Shown here one piece after another: positions 58,349 to 64,000 of a stretch of DNA of 64,000 nt. Within the stretch, counting starts at the first letter, position 1. Each line of letters starts with the position of its first letter. The position numbers and the translations under genes are program-made. The notes under the pieces were generated by a model that was not told where the DNA came from, searched no databases, and saw only the letters and a program-made list of their open reading frames with translations. The stretch comes from Haliotis rubra (lineage: Eukaryota). The stretch lies in NCBI RefSeq assembly GCF_003918875.1, contig NW_025767166.1, forward strand, positions 186,001 through 250,000. Direction: 5' to 3'.

Positions 58349-58699
58349 CAGGGTTCGAAATACCCCATATACTAGTGTGCCATGGCACGGTAAATACAGA
58401 AATGGCACGGCTAAAAAATGTTCTCGGTGCCCTTTTGACAGGCTAAATTTTTTAAGAGACATAACTCACATTTAGTCATTTAATCCCCAAAACAATTATT
58501 TTTTTCCAAATTGAATAATACCATACATATTTGAATGCTCATAAACCCATTTCTTTATTTAACAATAAATTTAAAATGATCATTATCATTGTCATTTATT
58601 CTAAAAATATGTGGGCATACTCGATTTCAGAAAGGCACACCTAAAATATTTGTCTGGTGCCCTAAGGCACACTTAGAAAAAAAAGTATTTCTATCCCTG
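58349..58699. mobile_element. MITE with CAGGG...CCCTG termini and 5-bp TSD
   Basis: cagggttcgaaatac ... gtatttctatccctg; TCATG on both sides; internal GGCAC/GTGCC repeats. Confidence 0.75.
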
Positions 58700-59299
58700 T
58701 CATGGAAGCAGGACTGAGAGCTAGCAAATAAGGTTCATTTGGTCTCCACATTTGTCCCCCCCAAACATAATTCTGTGGCACCGAGCCTACCACTTCAGTT
58801 AGAGAGTAGGTGAGAGCAATTGTGGCTTGACCGTGATGTGATGCAGGCAGACACTGACAAGTCAATCCTCATTAAATGTAATTTCACCTCGGCATTATTC
58901 TCTAGCGACAACAGAAGACTCTGGTATGGCCATTATACCAAGAAGGCTTGGAACACTGTTGATGACGTCAACTGACTGGCTCAGTATCTGAAGACATTAC
59001 TCCAAACGCCACTATATATACACATATGTTACATATATAAGCAACATTCCAGGAACATCTCATGTGTTTGAAGCAGACGGTGTAAGGCTAAATAATGATT
59101 TTCTCCTCACCAGAGTTCATAGAAATTAAGTACTGGTGTTTTATTTGTTTGTAGACTGGCATATCACTTGATTAAATTATGGAAGAAATCATATCCTAGT
59201 TTAGGACAAATGACTGTAATGAAAGTAAATGGAATCAAGTCCTTAGGGTGAGGAGTCATCATCACTGTGACCACAAGTCTCCTCCACTACTTGCTGGTA

Positions 59300-59460
59300 G
59301 GGTGCAGGGGTAGCCTAGTGGTTGAAGCGTTCACTCAGAACACCTAACATCTGGGTTTGATTCCCCCCATAAGTACAATGTGTGCCTATTTCTGGGGCCC
59401 CCACCTTAATATTTCTGGAATATTGCTAACAGCAGGTTAAAGCCATACTCACTCACTCAC
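59300..59460 (+). mobile_element. Diverged SINE family A
   Basis: ggggtagcctagtggttgaagcgttc...gggtttgattcccc...ggaatattgctaa...actcactcactcac. Confidence 0.8.
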
Positions 59461-60365
59461 TTGTTGCTGGAAACCAGTTTGAAATAATTGTTGGAGCATC
59501 TACTCTGCTAAACTATGGATAGGGATGTTGAGATGTTTCATAACATATTTACGCTATTAATTGGTTTGGTGTATCAGAGAATAGCATCCCTATCAAATGT
59601 TGAACAGTATAGAAGCTACACTGTCTGCAGCACCATCTGGCAAATATGCTACTCAACAGGTTAAGGAACACCATACTATTTTCAGATGACAACAGGGAAT
59701 TAACTATTCCTTAATTTCTCTGGAGTAGGATACATGACATTTAGTTGGGTTGTACATAGGGACATAGAGACACACCTCCTTGGGGGGAAAATGAAACATT
59801 TTCTATAAACTGTCAAGGACACTCTACAACAAAGGTTTGCATTTTTTCATTTGATTCTCCTCTCTGACAAGTTTCATCATGTTGCCCAAAAAAATATACA
59901 ATCATTTTGATAATTATATTTTCTAAATTGCTGAAACACCTGTTTCAGCCACACCTGTACACTATGGTGTTATTCACCTTCATACAAGAACATGGTTAAG
60001 ATATACACTTTCAATCACAACAAGCCAACTCAGGAACAAACATATCGCACAATGGAACATTAGATACATGGCTGAAGGACACACAATGGCAGTATGTTTG
60101 TCATTTGTTACCAAACTGCATGAGGAACGTGTTATGATCTGATTGCTTGTGATATTGACAAAGCCCTGATTGTTTATAATTGATACAAGCTGGTTGTTGA
60201 TGGTGTCACATGACTCAAGGATGTCACATGACATGAGTCTACAGTCACATGACATGTTATGATGATTAGCATATGACTGTCTACAGAGGGCAAGATTGCA
60301 AGCGGTCGAACCATGTCCCATTCCAGCAATCATTAAGTATCATTTCTGAAAGACTCCCGTCAGGT

Positions 60366-60828
60366 TTCATGACCTTCACACTGCATGTCTCATGATCTTC
60401 AAACTGCATGTCACATGACCTTCACACTGCATGATGTCACATGACCTTCACACAGCATGTCACATGACCTTCACACTGCATGTCACATTACCTTCAAACT
60501 GCATGATGTGACATGACCTTCACACTGCATGATGTCACATGACCTTCACACTGCATGATGTCACATGACCTCACACTGCATGTCACATGACCTTCAAACT
60601 GCATGTCACATGACCTTCAAACTGCATGTCACATGACCTTACACTGCATGATGTCACATGACCTTCAACCTGCATGTCACATGACCTTCACACTGCATGT
60701 CACATGACCTTCAAACTGCATGATGGATGTCACATGACCTTCAAACTGCATGATGTCACATGACCTTCACACTGCATGATGTCACATGACCTTCACACTG
60801 CATGATGTCACATGACCTTCACACTGCA
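60366..60828. repeat. 21/24-bp minisatellite (CACATGACCTTCA[C/A]ACTGCAT[GAT]GT)
   Basis: About 20 tandem copies. Confidence 0.95.
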
Positions 60829-60840
60829 ACATAACACATG

Positions 60841-61001
60841 CAGGGATGGCAACAGAAAATCTATTTTCAGCTGGAAATATAACTTTGTGTCATCAAATGG
60901 GGGTTCAGGGTTTCTCAACAGATTTAGACAATTCACAGAATTGATCAATTTGAAACAGAATCGGCAGAAATCTGCGGATCAGCAGAATATTACCATCCCT
61001 G
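60841..61001. mobile_element. Small MITE with CAGGGATGG TIRs and 6-bp TSD
   Basis: cagggatggcaa ... ttaccatccctg; CACATG on both sides. Confidence 0.8.
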
Positions 61002-62067
61002 CACATGACCTTCCCAAAGTAGCATGACCTTCACTGTAAAAGGTCACAAACTTCATAACATATGTCACATGAATTCACTGGTCAATGTCACATGACCAAG
61101 ATCCAGGCGCATGTCACATGACCACTACCCACAAGCATGTCACATGACCTACACAGGTGTAGCCAACAAGCTGTGCTTTCCCATCACTTAACACAGTGCT
61201 GTATCTATGAGACAAACATTGCAAGCAATCTACATCTCAACTAGGTGTGGAATGTAATGTTGTACAAACAATATTCTAACAAGGTGCAGACAGGGTAACC
61301 CCTCATACAAAACTATGATCTCTATATACAAATATGTGTTTATATATTAACTCTGAATAACATACTCAAAAACAAAACATGCGCCCCACATGACCACCCC
61401 TACAGCCTAGTCTCAAGCCTGGTCCAGGACCCGCAAGTTTCAATACGTACAGTAGATAATACGCTGACATGGAATATTCTGATATGTTGTAGTGAAAGTC
61501 TCAAAATGTACTAGGTCTGTTAGTTTGCAGGTTGCTGTGTTCCAGCCCTGGACCAACGGGACATGACGGCAGTGACTAGGTACACCAGCACCCTGCCCAT
61601 ATGGGAATAAAACATGGATGTGAAGCAAAATAAACTCAAACTGGAACCACCCACCACATCACCAAGAGGTGGAAGTCACTTCGATATGGATTCACACCAT
61701 CATGTATGAAGCGACTAAGCAGATGCTGGGGATGTTTGTGAAAACTGACACATTGGTTCCACCAAGGCCACTATGATGCAAGTCAGCCCCTCATCTGGCT
61801 GTGACATTGGTTCCACCATGGCCCCTATCATGCTAGTCAGCCCCTCATCTGGCTGTGACCTTCACTGACTGATCACTACATGATGAACATACACACGTAC
61901 ACACGTATACACATACATTGGTGTTATACTTAACTGTATTTACTCCTGACTGGGTGACGCAGCTGATGTTGGTTGGTGAGATACTCCCTACTTTTTTCAT
62001 CAGTACACATTGGTAACGGAAAAAACATCAGTCTTTGACACACAAAATACACACGAAAACATGGCGA

Positions 62068-62280
62068 GCCACAGTCACACAGGAATATGTGACATGCCAC
62101 AGTCACACAGGAATACATGACATGCCACAGTCAGACAAGAATACATGACGTGCCATAGTCACACAGGAATACACGACATGCCACGGTCACACATGAACAC
62201 ACAATGTTCCCCAATCACACACGAATACACAACGTTCCTCACTCACACATGAATACACAACCTGCCACAGTCACACAAAT
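62068..62280. repeat. Degenerate ~27-bp minisatellite (GCCACAGTCACACAGGAATACATGACAT)
   Basis: Direct reading. Confidence 0.75.
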
Positions 62281-62907
62281 GTGGCCTTGCATTGATGTGT
62301 CTACTTGTATTCTGCAACTGAACCCTCCACCCTCCATCCCACTGAAGCTAAATTCTCAAAACCTTGAATGCCTACTAATGAATTCCATACCCTTTCACAT
62401 GTAAAATAAGTTGGAATGAAACAATACTAGCACAGTGCTGACTCAAATCATAATGTTCACCCATGACATATCTTGGTGATCATTCCTACCTGCGTCCCAA
62501 ATGTTTGTTAAATACTTAAACTGGTGATTTTGGCATACCTCCTGTTGTGAAGAAAATCCATTAATGACAAAGAACAGATATTTGGATGCGATTCTGCAGT
62601 GTAAACTCTGCATAGACATCTATTATAGTCATAACTTAACTGAGAGACTTCTCTCATTGTCAAATAAATATCAACAACGTTCTCTTGTATACCAGAGACA
62701 TTATATCACATTCAGTAACAGTTTCACAAGCTGGAAAATCCTGGTCCCTGATTGGTCAGAGAGAAAACAACCACTGACCAATCAAATGTCACAAAAACCT
62801 TTGCTGCTGATCCCAAGATTGTTGCTGGTTTTGTGGAGTTGTGACCTCTACCATTGACTACTGGACAGGTAGGTTTGAGGTTAGTGCTCGCACAGATGCA
62901 TTGTGGG

Positions 62908-63937
62908 TCAGGACTTCCTGTCAGCATTCCTCAATTTCAGTCCGTCCCTGAGTGCTTCTAAGGTGCCTTTCATCTGAAAATGAAAGACAAGACATGAAAT
63001 ATAAATAACTGGAAGAGTAAGATTAAAAGCTAAATATTTTCACTTTAATGAGGGTGGCATTTAAATATGATATTAACTAGCTACTGATTTGACCACCGCT
63101 AAGTGTGTTAGCAGCCAATAACATGCTTTTCCTGATATCACTCTACTTGTCAGTCTACCTACCTTTGAAACATAACGCCATATAGAAAGTGGTCAAATGA
63201 AACATATCTTACATTTGGAATTGCATATCCGAAGTAAAGTACAGATTCTAGTACTTTTGTTGGCTTGAGTCCCATCCAGGATTTGAACCCACACTCTCAG
63301 AGTCAGGCACCTAATCACCAGCACACAAAGTCAGACTTCTAATCCGCTTGGCCACTGCGGCTTCCACTTATAACATATATAATATATGTTACAGTCTACC
63401 TACCTGTTCTATCAACTGTATGGAGGTAGACAACACACCGCTCCACTTGTCAATCTCCCTACCTGTTCTATCAACTGTATGGAGGTAGACAACACGTCGC
63501 TCCACTTGTCAATCTCCCTACCTGTTCTATCAACTGTATGGAGGTAGACAACACGTCGCTCCACTTGTCAATCTCCCTACCTGTTCTATCAACTGTATGG
63601 AGGTAGACAACACGTCGCTCCACCTGTCAATCTCCCTACCTGTTCTATCAACTGTATGGAGGTAGACAACACGTCGCTCCACCTGTCAATCTCCCTACCT
63701 GTTCTATCAACTGTATGGAGGTAGACAACACGTCACTCCACTTGTCAATCTCCCTACCTGTTCTATCAACTGTATGGAGGTAGACAACACGTCACTCCAC
63801 CTGTCAATCTCCCTACCTGTTCTATCAACTGTATGGAGGTAGACAACACGTCGCTCCACTTGTCAATCTCCCGGTTGTACATACTCTTCTGCTGCTTCAA
63901 CAAGTTGGCCCACTGTTCCTGAGACCGGGGATATTCC
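62908..63937 (-). CDS. GRAMD1B: Last two coding exons of a GRAMD1/Aster (sterol transfer protein) homologue; rest of gene lies beyond the window end
   Basis: Exon 63937-63817 EYPRSQEQWANLLKQQKSMYNREIDKWSDVLSTSIQLIEQ and exon 62973-62908 MKGTLEALRDGLKLRNADRKS*. This matches the recalled GRAMD1B C-terminal helix PQSQTEWAQLLESQQKYHDTELQKWREIIKSSVMLLDQMKDSL; GT-AG boundaries in phase. Paralogue assignment is nominal for an invertebrate. Confidence 0.8.
63258..63365 (-). mobile_element. Degenerate tRNA-derived SINE head
   Basis: On the - strand: gcagtggccaagcggattag (A-box-like) ... gggttcaaatcc (B-box). Confidence 0.5.
63400..63871. repeat. 59-bp x 8 tandem amplification of the GRAMD1 exon end plus its splice donor
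   Basis: Unit ctacctgttctatcaactgtatggaggtagacaacacgtcgctccacttgtcaatctcc starts at 63400, 63459, 63518, 63577, 63636, 63695, 63754 and 63813. Confidence 0.95.
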
Positions 63938-64000
63938 CTGAAACACAGCATCACACCTTATACAAACCATAAGGCCGACATCAATCAGAAACAATTTCAC

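Overview
Eukaryotic, intron-containing animal genomic DNA, most likely a gastropod mollusc (abalone-like). The taxon is inferred from the SINE/MITE repertoire and gene content and was not verified. Host genes read by hand from splice sites: (1) a large exon of a very Asp/Glu-rich repeat protein (1484-3475, +); (2) a 10-coding-exon apextrin-like gene with signal peptide, MACPF and ApeC domains (8564-15513, +); (3) a complete 5-exon UFC1 (27980-19621, -); (4) the last two coding exons of a GRAMD1/Aster homologue (63937-62908, -). The 33-54 kb interval is a nest of decayed mobile elements: a Tc1/mariner, a DIRS1-type tyrosine-recombinase retroelement, and a non-LTR retrotransposon whose RT core is replaced by a ~9.6-kb Maverick/Polinton remnant (pPolB with a nuclease-like insert, Zn-finger-fused packaging ATPase, two conserved ORFs, adenain protease fragment). 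SINEs, MITEs and minisatellites are scattered throughout. The strongest unexplained signal is a non-coding, CpG- and palindrome-rich region at 29.3-32.9 kb with 21 same-strand ATCCGA motifs in three modules. Two modules keep motif order and spacing while the sequence between motifs has diverged, and the same motif occurs just upstream of UFC1. Also notable: two minisatellites that amplify splice-donor junctions and a compact multi-hairpin intronic element. All counts and alignments were done by eye.
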